A stretch of 64,000 bases of DNA from Eledone cirrhosa (taxonomy: Eukaryota): positions 163,804,001 through 163,868,000 of the forward strand of contig OZ024741.1 of NCBI GenBank assembly GCA_964016885.1. Reading direction: 5' to 3'. Position 1 is the first letter of the stretch. Each line of letters starts with the position of its first letter. Positions 53,151 to 64,000 of this stretch are shown here, one piece after another. The notes beneath the pieces are model-generated. The model was given only the letters and a program-made list of their open reading frames with translations, ran no database searches and had not been told where the DNA came from. The position numbers and the translations under genes were made by a program.

Positions 53151-53179
53151 TTATTATTATTATATATATATATATATAT

Positions 53180-53887
53180 ATAAAAACATGAGAAGAATTG
53201 AGTGCTGCGTGGTTGCACATGGGTTACATATGAAAACAATAGTCCTTCATCAGTGATTTTCCAACCTTCATTGGTATTTCATCGCTTTTAAAATCATATA
53301 CCTCCAGTGGTGCGAGCAATAGCTAAATAAACTATTGGGACAAGTAAATCGCGTAAAGCGAGCGAGACAGGTAAACAAACATATAAGGTATAGCAACGGA
53401 AAGATAGGAAGAAACAGGCACATGGTATCCGTTCAGCTTAAGCTGGGTGAATTTCATGGGCGAAAGAGACAGCAGACCGTCCGACGCGAGTGAGGTGTGA
53501 GCAAGAAAGGACCCCACTTCAGGCCAAACGGGAGGAAGTGAGAAGAGGAGAAGCAGAGAGTGAGTGAGTGGAAGTGCGAGGAAGAGGCCAGTCGAGAGAA
53601 AGTGTGATTGACAGAGGGGGCGAAAGAAGATGAGAGATACAGAGAGAGGGGGAAGCAGTAAGAGAGAAACAGACAAACGCAGCTGGGGAAAATATATATA
53701 AAAACATGAGAAGAATTGAGTGCTGCGTGGTTGCACATGGATTACATATGAAAAAAATAGTCCTTCATCAGTGATTTTCCAACCTTCATTGGTATTTCAT
53801 CGCTTTAAAAATCATATACTTCCAGTTGGTGCGAGCAATAGCTAAATAAAGCTATTGGGACAAGTAAATCGCGTAAAGCGAGCGAGA
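53180..53887. repeat. ~190-bp direct repeats (53180-53370, 53698-53887); related copy at 44665-44930
   Basis: AAAACATGAGAAGAATTGAGTGCTGCGTGGTTGCACATGG..CGCGTAAAGCGAGCGAGA occurs twice; adjacent to (TA)n. Confidence 0.9.
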
Positions 53888-54447
53888 AAAATGGATATAC
53901 ATACATGCATACATTTGTGTATGTGTATGTATATATATGTAGGCATATATATATACATATATATGTGTGTATATACATATATGCGTATGTGGGCATTAAT
54001 ATGAGATGCACTGCTTATACGTTTATGGCTCCCGTTAAGAAATTTAACATTCAGTTTTCTCAAAATTTAAATAGATATGAGTTATGAATCAAAATTTAAA
54101 CATAATGACAATAATAAAGGATGCAAATGTTAGAAAAATTAATTAATGAATAGTAAAATAAAGATAGCGGTGATGTACTGTATTTGTTTTGCAAGTACAA
54201 AACAAATACATCGCCGCTAGATCACAGGATTGTGTCAAGCCAGTGGGGTATTTAAAGATACTGTTTTCTGTTATAACAATAGAACAAATTTGTTTCATGA
54301 TACTGAAGCGAAAAGCATATTTTTCTATATTATATTTTTCTGGCAATATTAGGACAATATGACCATCCCAACTATAAAAATAAAGCTAAATATGTAGAAA
54401 TACACTCGCATGAATAGCTCATTTTAATTTGTGATAAATAATAATGA

Positions 54448-54543
<96 letters not shown>

Positions 54544-54544
<1 letters not shown>

Positions 54545-54862
54545 TGACAAAGCCATACATAGGTGAGACAGCTCGAAGCATAGGAGAAAGAATAGACCAA
54601 CACTGGGGGGAGCTAAATGGACAGAAAAACGACTCAGTACTATATGAACACGCTAGACAAAGACATGGCTGTAATATAAACAACATAGAAATTAAAATAA
54701 TATCTAAGCATAGAAATGACTCAACAGGTAGGCAAATCAGAGAAGCAACTGAGATAGAACTAAGAAGACCAAAGTTGAACAGAAAGAACGAATGGAATAA
54801 CAACAACAACCATACCCCCAAAAGACAGTACTGACTTAAGGGAATATAAATAAATAAATAAA

Positions 54863-54895
<33 letters not shown>

Positions 54896-56044
54896 CAAGT
54901 ACAGTAACAAAAACACACATAAACACACACTAGGGAAAAAGGATAGAATACAAAAACACGTACACTCAAACACACGCATCAAACAGGAAACATGCGCAGA
55001 CAGAGTCAGAAACAAGAATAAATATATAAATAAGTATATAAATAAATAAAATAAGAATGGCGTAGGCATTAGAATACAACGGGGGGGGGACATAATAGTA
55101 CCACTGATGATGTTACAGATGTGCGACGAAAGAACTTTGATAGACTATATATATATATTTATATCTGTATTTTTAACCGTTGGTCAAATAATGATAAACA
55201 TTGATTGCCAGATAAATTAACTATGGAGATATAAAAGACACAGAAGCGAAAACCAACCCAAACCTAACAGTGGGTGTATTCTATTATTATTTCTGGCAAT
55301 ATTATAGCAATATGACCCTCCCCAAATATAACAAATATATATATTTTTTTTTGTTTTGCAAGGTTTTTGATATGAAATCGTGTGTCGAAACAAATATTGT
55401 TATACTTGGGGAGGGTCATATTGTTGTAATAATATTGCCAGAAATAATAACAGAACACACTCACTGTTTGGTTGGTTTTCGCTTCTGTATCTTTTAAATT
55501 TCCATAGTTAATTCATTTGGCCATCAATATTTATGATTGATTATATAGTCTAACAAATTTCTTTCGTTGCACATCTTCAACATCATCAGTGGTACTATTA
55601 TCATGTTTCCCCTGCTATATTGTATGTTTTGTAGTGTCTACGTCGTTTTTATTTATCTATTTATTTACTTATTTTTGTCCTCGTCTCTGCGCATGCGTTT
55701 GCGTGTGTGTATAGTGTTTGGTCTCTGTGTGTTCGCGCTTGGGTGACTGTGTTTTGATTATTGTAGCCTATCTTAGTTTATTAGTGTGTGTTTATATGTG
55801 TTTGTTGTTATTGTGCTTGTGTATATATTTATTTATTTATTTATTTATTTATATTTCTCTTAGGTCAGTATTGTTTGTTTGGGTGTTGTTGTTATTCCAT
55901 TCATTTTTTTCTGTTTAGCTTTGGCTTTCTAAGCTTTATTTCGCTTGCTTCTCTGATTTGCCTACCTGTTGGGTCATTTCTATGTTTAGATATTATTTTA
56001 ATTTCTATGTTGTCTATGTTACCGTCATGTTGTTGTCTGTCTAA
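54544..56044. mobile_element. Two PLE 3' ends (GIY-YIG C-terminus plus 3' UTR) arranged tail-to-tail
   Basis: ORF 54544-54834 YIGETARSIGERIDQH..RQIREATEI..PKLN; diverged inverted copy 55394-56044; a third terminal fragment at 59306-59545. Confidence 0.85.
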
Positions 56045-56820
56045 GTTGACCATCATTAAACAGCCTTCTTGCACATGCATTCCAGAAGTTACCATTCTGT
56101 ATTTCCTTTTTTTATTTTGGTTTCAGCCTAATTTATTACGGACTACATTATCCAATGTAATCTTCCCTTTTAAAGACAATAGGGTGTAGTTTGAAAGATT
56201 GTATGCCTGTTGTTTTGAATACGCCGAGCATTCTACTAGAAACAGTTGTCTCGAAAGCACAAACAGTAGCTCTTAGATGTAGGTAGATAAACATTATAAA
56301 GGTAACTATAGGACGGAAACACTTAGACGTTCATATTCAAGTAGGGTCGATACAAAATAATTCAGTACAGTTGAGCTAGAAGGAAAGTGGGTATGGGTAG
56401 ACAGTATCGTTAGTGCTTTGCCACCCTTAGTTACGAAATCAACTTTGTCTGTTGTCCTTCTTAGGTCAACAAAATAAACAACCAAACATTAAGTTAGGTA
56501 TATTCATCTATTCCCTTCCCTCAAAATATCCAGCATTATTTTTATGATGGAAATTATTATGTTGAGATAAATTCTATTTTGAAATATATATAAGTACATT
56601 AGAAGTATTCTCTCTCCTATTCTCTTCGGTACCAGAAAATACTTCAACCAGCAACAATTTTTGAACATCTACACAGCTCACATATAACCCAAAATAGTGT
56701 GTTGTTTCCACATCTGGAACTGAACTGTTGCCACACACGCAAAGTATTCAGATAAAAGTAATTCGCTTGATGAGCATACAGCCACTGACAGAAATGCTGC
56801 AAACTTGGTTCACATATTTC

Positions 56821-56861
<41 letters not shown>

Positions 56862-57383
56862 TCTGCATTTTCTACCATTCAACAATCGCCTCTGTACTTT
56901 GGATGGTCTGACCTCATGTTACTTCTACTCAAGCACTCCTGTCTCACATATCTCTCCTCATCTTATCACCCATGTTGTGTCTAACATCCTGAACACTGCA
57001 CTAACGACTACGCTCAGTCATTGCTTTCAATAATGTTGTCCCATTGGAATTTGTTCCTCACATGTCTTTCCTGCAGTACTTAACCTGCAACAGTTTAAAC
57101 TGAACACCAAGTGCATCAATCAGAAGAAATGGTTCACACGAACGTTGACCTTAACACGTTAAATGAAAACAAATATGTCTTCTGAAAATGATCAATATTT
57201 GATTATGCATTGCACTACTAAATATTATAACCCCCAAAAAATGTTATATAACTACATATGCTAATATATTCTTCATTTATTTCTTTCGAAGGAGTTGTAT
57301 CTTTGTGAATGTAATTAAGGTGCGTGTGTGTTTGTGTGAGTGCATGTGAATGTATGTATGTGTAAAAGAGTGTGTATACATGC

Positions 57384-57510
57384 AGGCATGGCTAAGTGGA
57401 TAAGACGTTCACTTCGCAATTATGAAATTCCAGGTTCGATCCCACTTTTTGGCATCTTTGGCAACTGATTTGATCTCAATTTGTGAGGGAATTTAGGACA
57501 ATGGAAACTT
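57384..57510 (+). mobile_element. SINE family 1 head, degenerate
   Basis: GGCATGGCTAAGTGG A-box and GGTTCGATCCC B-box. Confidence 0.5.
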
Positions 57511-59165
57511 TCTGGTGGATTGTACCAACGTTTGTTATATTGTATCACGTTGGGTTTCTTTATAGTTTCCTGTGTTCGTGGAATACTCTACCACTTTCAT
57601 ATTAATTTAACAACTATGGCATTTTGTTGGTGGAGCCATGAATGAATGCTCATCGAATCTGATATAGCCTCCATTAGGAAAATAAGTGGGAAGTTTTTAT
57701 TTGATTTTTTTCAATCAACATCTATTTCACCAAGTTCATTTCCTAAAGACCTGCTCAAAGAATTTCCAAAATTAATGATTATATTTAAACAAACTAGTTA
57801 GTATAACTTCTGGGATTGTAGAGCAGATAATTAAGTAAGTAAGCAAAGTGAACAGAAACAATGCCACCTGTTTGTTTATGCTGAATATGTTAAAACGGGT
57901 AGGAATAATGGTAGTTGTGAATAAATATCTAAATATCCAATGTCAGTTTAGCTAAACAAATATTTATAAATTATGCAAAAGGATAAATTATTACAGCTGT
58001 TTGCTTTGATAATAAGCCAAAATGCCCATGCCTTAGCACGCTGGCAATCTCTTGACTGATACTGAATACCATTTTGTTATCGGCATCGGCTAGTTGAAGA
58101 GATTCTCTTTTCAATGTGTTTTTTGTCACTTTAATTATTTATGGACTTGATTTATGTTTATACTAGAACATAAATCAAGGAAAGCCTTTTCTATTCACAG
58201 ATGTATTGCTTTAGTTTTTTTCTTTATTATTCCCTCAAGTTCAATTTGCTATGAATTTATTCATGGCTCGAAAGAGCAAAATTCTATGTAATACAATGTG
58301 GTTGATTGCACAACAATATTTGCTGAAGTGATCTTTACAATTAAAATGGTTAATGGTGACATCATTTCTGACGTAATAAAGACACTGATGAGAAAAATGA
58401 AACGTAATTTCTTTGTTCTTGACTTTATTTATTATCAAAATATAATTCAGTTACTGACTTTGTCTTTTCTGATCTCTTTATTGTATAAGATATATTTGTA
58501 CATTGTTAAAAGATGTAATTAGAATTTAAAACCTATTCTGCTCTCAGTAGGAAATTAGAATATAAAAGGAATATCATTTAATCTTCACTTCTACATTCTG
58601 AATTAATATTTCGTATTAGTTTTTTAGTATGTTGGTCCTCAACTTGTTGAGCTGTCATTGTAAGATAGCTTTGGCCGATTACTACTAACTATTGTAGTGG
58701 TGGTAGACCCCCCCCCCCCTGTAATGATGGCCTCATAAAATTCTTCCACTACAATCTCGTATTTACTATTCCTTCCCACCTATTAAACTTTTCTATAGCT
58801 TAGCAGTACCAATGAGAGATTTGATGATTGTGGAAGGAGACTAGTAACCAGAAATTGTTTTTTTTTATATTTTTTATATTTTTTTTTAATATATTTACTC
58901 CATTTAGATTTACTTATTGTTTCAACTTCCTCCCCCTCCCCTTCTCTAGTATACTTTTTTCGACCTTCTATACACTATCCTTAGTATCTGCTGTAGTTTT
59001 CACTTTCAACGCTTGAATGGGTTTCCTCCACTCCCTCTCCCTCTTTCTTCTACTGGCAAGTTCAGCTACCCCTACCTTCCACAAAATGCCATGATAGAAA
59101 CATGTGTCCTAACAACAAACTTTTTACCAATCGTTGTGACAATCACTTTTACCATATATGGAATT

Positions 59166-59261
59166 ACCCCCTGAGCAGTTCGGCTATTCATTTACCAGGC
59201 TAAAAATGTTCATTTAGTCCAGAATTACCCGTCGAAACGGCCTGAGCTCAGCCATCGGGGT
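59166..59261 (+). ncRNA. Degenerate type I hammerhead motif
   Basis: ACCCC-CTGAGCA-..-CCCGTC-GAAA-CGGC CTGAGCTCA GCCA-TC-GGGGT; G8 changed to C; upstream of (TA)n. Confidence 0.6.
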
Positions 59262-59609
59262 CCTACTTGTTCCTATATATATATATATACAGTATATATA
59301 TATATTTGTTTTGCAAGGTTTTTGATATGAAATCGTGTCGAGACAAATATTGTTTTACTTAGGGAGGGTCATATTATTATAATATTGCCAGAAATAATAA
59401 CAGAACACACTCACTGTTTGGTTTCGGTTGGTTTTCGCTTTTCGCTTCTGTATCTTTTATATCTCCATAGTTAATTTATTTGGCAATCAATGTTTATCAT
59501 TGATTGACCAATGGTTAAAAATACCGATATAAATATATATATATTTATATCATAATTTTATATCAGAACACCTGCTAAGTTCTAAACATCTACTTAATTA
59601 GAAAGTTTG

Positions 59610-59745
59610 TTCCACCCAGGTCAACTTTACCTTTCATCCTTCAGGAGACGATAAAATAAAGTGCCAATCAAGTAATGGGGTTGATTTAATCAACCTTGCC
59701 CTTCTTTTAGATTGGCTAGCTTGGTGTCGAAATTAGAAATCAATA
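59610..59745 (+). mobile_element. SINE family 2 3' part
   Basis: GGTCAACTTTACCTTTCATCCTT..CGATAAAATAAAG..AAATTAGAAA. Confidence 0.7.
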
Positions 59746-60161
59746 GTAGTAAATACCAGTCGCCAAAAGTCCTTGATTATTTTGAAAATGTTTAAAGGAT
59801 TATAAGCAGTGTTTTTTTTATAGGAAACGTGGTAATCAAAGGGTTAATAGTTCATTGATAAGTTATACACCTAGATAGTTTCAACTTACATCTCAGTGAA
59901 GTGGGCTGTTGTAGTACATAGCCTAGTTGCGAGAGTAAACCGTTATTGTACATCAGTAAATTAATTAACTTATTTTAAAAAATGGTGGATTAATTTTAAA
60001 ACATATTCTTACATTAACATCTACGGGCAAGATAGTATTTGTTTATTTCAGAATACCTCATAAAAAGGTAATATTTCCATGAAGTCATTGGTTAATCTAG
60101 TTACATAAGAGAGATATAGTCTGCGTCAATCTTACAAATCAATTAAGTTGCAGATAAGTCA

Positions 60162-60244
<83 letters not shown>

Positions 60245-60335
60245 TATATATATATATATATATAATATATATATATATATATGTATATGTATATGTATAT
60301 ATATATATTTATATATATATATATGTATATGTATA

Positions 60336-60409
<74 letters not shown>

Positions 60410-60429
60410 ATTTAAGTATCGAGAGAGAG

Positions 60430-62551
60430 AAGAAGAGATAAGCGATACATATAGTTAGTTGCCAATAGCTTGTGCATACACGCTCAATACTTGTGCCTAC
60501 AGGGTTAAATATTGGAAGCGTTAATATGTAGCGGGCGAGAATATAAGCAGAGCGGTTACAAGTGGAATGATTACAAAGGAGAAAATACCGTTAAAACATG
60601 TTTATATAAAAGCACTTACGTACGTTTCGCCCGAAAAGGGCTTCTCAAGAGCATAGAAATCTAAAAAGTGTTCAGGAGGGGTTTTAAGGTTACAGTTACA
60701 TCAAAGTTCATTCTTCGTTCAAACCCACGCGTTGTTTTTGCTACAGAGCAAGGGGAGTAACTCTGGCCGGTGTTTGAATAATTGTCCCCAAACTGCTTAT
60801 CACCCGCTCATATGATGGTGTTTTCCCATTACTATTTTGTGGGTGCTGCTTTACTATTGTCGATTCAAGCAGGGTCTGGGATGCATAGTTGGTTTACAGA
60901 TGTTTATTTGCACCGCCTGCCCACTAGAGTGTTATGGGTTGGTGCAGGGGGACACAGTTTATGGTTTTCATGTCTCAGTCGATTTCCATCCGAAGTAAGA
61001 CACCTGTATTCGGTGCCTGCAGTTTATCACCGATTCTGCTCTGCTATTGATGAGCTCGAGGGGTGCTCTTATGATATAGTAAAGTTCCATGAGGCAAAGC
61101 TCGCACTTCCTCTTGAAATTGCACGGTGCTGCCCTGCTGACAATTTCCCAGTGTGTGGAGAAGCTGATGTTGGAGTCGTTTAATGTTGTGATGTAATTGG
61201 CAAGTGATGTGGAGTGTCTTAGTTTTTTGTTTCTAAAAGAGTGGAGATGTGTTCGAAATCTAATTTTGAACGGGCCAGAGGTGGCCCCTTATGTAATGCT
61301 TAACGCCATTATGGCTAGTTATGGTGAACCTATAAATAACATTATCAGTCAGGCACGTTCCCCTGTCACGACAGTTGCATTTTCGGTCGCGGTCGCTCCT
61401 AGTTCCCGAAGTAAAGCTATTACTATTGCTACCTATGTTGTTACCTACGCCTCTATCTCGGTCTTTAGTACTATTATATCCTATGGCGTGCGGGGTAGTA
61501 CCATTATCACTCCGCACGCCGCAGCGCCTTCTGTTGCCGCCGGGTGACCCGTACGGGTCACCAGCATACTCTCCATTCTCGCCGCGGTTATGTCGGTTGC
61601 GTCTGTTGGGGCTGCGGCCAACACTGTTGGGTGCTGCTAGGGCAACGTTAAGGCTATTAAGGTTCCTGTTGGGTCTAGATGTATCGGTGCTAAGGTGCTG
61701 TGTTTTGGTGATCTTACTGTGATTAGTTGTTCCTATGATGTCTGCTAGATTAGGAGTACTAGAGAAGGATATTTTAATATTGTTCTTATTTAGGATTTTC
61801 CTGTATTTATGGTTGGGTGGGAAGTTCTTCTCTAAGGCTTCGAAGAATATCCTGAGTAGGTCGGAGGCCACACCCCGAGAGTAGGGAGGATGGAACCATA
61901 GGACATTACGGTGGCGGTTACGCGTATCTGAGGGTTTGCTACGGGTTGTGCTTCCTAGGTGACCGTTCTTATGGTTGTTACTGTGCTGTAGCCAATTATG
62001 CGTCTCCTCCGCTTTATGCTCTGGTGCACGCGCCTTCCTTCTGTTCCGTTTATGTATAGCTAAACGCCGATTGGGGGGCGTTGGTAATAGGCCATCGCTA
62101 TTGCTAATCTTATAGTTAGAGAATAATTCTAGTAGGCTACAGCAGCTACCGTTACCAGTATGGTGACCCTTATAGTGCGGTAGGTTTTCTACACCATCAC
62201 TCATGTAATTAACAGTGCGACTGTGTTCCTTAGTGCGATTCTCTATACTATAGTTCATGACTCTGTCTTGGCCGCTGCGTACTCGGTTATAGGTATGGCT
62301 TACTATAACATTAGTCCTGTGATGGGGTGGTTTCTAGAGCTAGCGTTAAGGATGTAGGAGATTCTTCGGTTAAATCCGGCATTTAGCAAGGCCTTTGATG
62401 TAACTGTAACCTTAAAAACCCTCCTGGGTCATATACTGAACACCTTTTAGTTTTCTATGCCCTTGAGAAGCCCTTTTCGGGCAAAACGTACGTAGGGGCT
62501 TTTATATAAACATGTTTTAACGGTTTATTCTCCTTTGTAATCATTTCACTT
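60430..62551 (-). mobile_element. Penelope-like element (Nematis-type) 3' portion with inverted terminal copy
   Basis: RHRNVLWFHPPYS..FPPNHKYRKILN; GIY-YIG CNCR..VIYRFTI..HYI; C-terminal CELC..CRH at ~61000-61100; 60560-60706 is inverted at 62393-62551. Confidence 0.85.
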
Positions 62552-62829
62552 ATTAGGAACTTAAAGATGAGTTAAGCGATGAAACATGAATGTCTTCTCA
62601 TCTAATTTAGAAATGTTATGATTGTCTCTTAAGCTATATAAAATTACTAGGGAAATATTGGGATTGGCTGTTGAACAATATAAGATCACCGGAGGACGAT
62701 TCGGTCCTCAATACCTCTCTTTGGTTTAATGGAACATAAATCTATTCTGGAAAGGTTTGTCAGTATTAAGATAAAATAAGCACCTCCATGCAAAGCAGAC
62801 TATTTCTGGCATTTCAATATGATGAGACT

Positions 62830-62871
<42 letters not shown>

Positions 62872-63500
62872 CATGTATATATGTGTGTGTCCGCATGTAT
62901 CTGTGTGTTTCTAAATATAATAACTCCCTCTGGTCGAGCAATCTTTGAAGTGTGGGGACAACTGGAAAGCTTCCATTACTCATACTTCTCGCCTTCTTCA
63001 CCACCTCTTCTGCGGCCTCGATATGAATACCCCCTCCGCCTCCGTGGTATTTTCTTCGTGGTTATAGGAGGCTTAGCTCTGTTTCTCGACTGTTATATCG
63101 CGTGACTATCTCCCCCTCCGCCTTTTGGGATTCTTTCTCACGTCGTGTAGACGCGTTCTTGAGACTAGTAAAATGAGGTATCCTCTTGATAAGTCGGCAG
63201 ACCTCGCAGGGACTCTATGTCTTTATGATATATTGTTTTTGTTTATGCCACGAAACTACGTAGTCGAGGAATTTAGGAGCAGTTTAGGTATGATACATTT
63301 TATTACTAATTATATCTAAATGTTTCTTCTCTCTTCATAATGTATTTTTAACTCTGATACTGGTTCAGTCTAGTTCAACTGAATTGGTCTGTCCCAGTCA
63401 TTCATTGAGCAACATCGGTGAAGTTGGCACCCTTAACTCACAGTTGGGTGCGGATGCATTCATGTATATATGTGTGTGTCCGCATGTATCTGTGTGTTTC

Positions 63501-63549
<49 letters not shown>

Positions 63550-63566
63550 GTATATATATATACATA

Positions 63567-63618
<52 letters not shown>

Positions 63619-63935
63619 TTATATATATATATATATATATAATATATATATATATGGAGTCTCATTATATTGAAATGCCAGAAATAGTCTGCTTTGCATG
63701 GAGGTGCTTATTTTATCTTAATACTGACAAACCTTATCAGATTAGATTTATGTTCCATTAAACCAAAGAGAGGTATTGAGGACCGAATCGTCCTCCGGTG
63801 ATCTTATATTGTTCAACAGCCAATCCCAATATTTCCCTAGTAATTTTATATAGCTTAAGAGACAATCATAACATTTCTAAATTAGATGAGAAGACATTCA
63901 TGTTTCATCGCTTAACTCATCTTTAAGTTCCTAAT
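62552..63935. mobile_element. Non-coding element with ~280-bp terminal inverted repeats
   Basis: 62552-62832 is the reverse complement of 63654-63935; both arms end internally on (TA)n; a ~50-bp direct repeat at 62869 and 63458. Confidence 0.8.
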
Positions 63936-64000
63936 ATTTTATCGGTAAAGCATTTATTTCAGAAAATTGTTATCAGCTTCGATAATTTAATCTTTGTCAG

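Overview
AT-rich, (TA)n/(CA)n-riddled animal genomic DNA. The tRNA-derived SINE families and repeat landscape resemble Octopus or another coleoid cephalopod; this is recognition from memory, not a database match. No host protein-coding gene is identifiable. The window is a nest of decayed mobile elements: a complete ~7.3 kb Buster/Charlie-type hAT with nested insertions, further hAT remnants, at least five Penelope-like elements (PLEs; RT and/or GIY-YIG), RTE LINE 3' ends with C2H2 fingers, Ingi/Vingi, Tx1/L1 and R4/Dong LINEs, Helitrons and SINEs. The most notable signal is a dense set of type I hammerhead ribozyme (HHR) motifs: about ten with an intact CTGAnGA/GAAA core plus several variant or degenerate ones. 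Most lie in short non-coding fold-back elements embedded in (TA)n tracts, each carrying one ribozyme per strand with both 3' ends facing outward.
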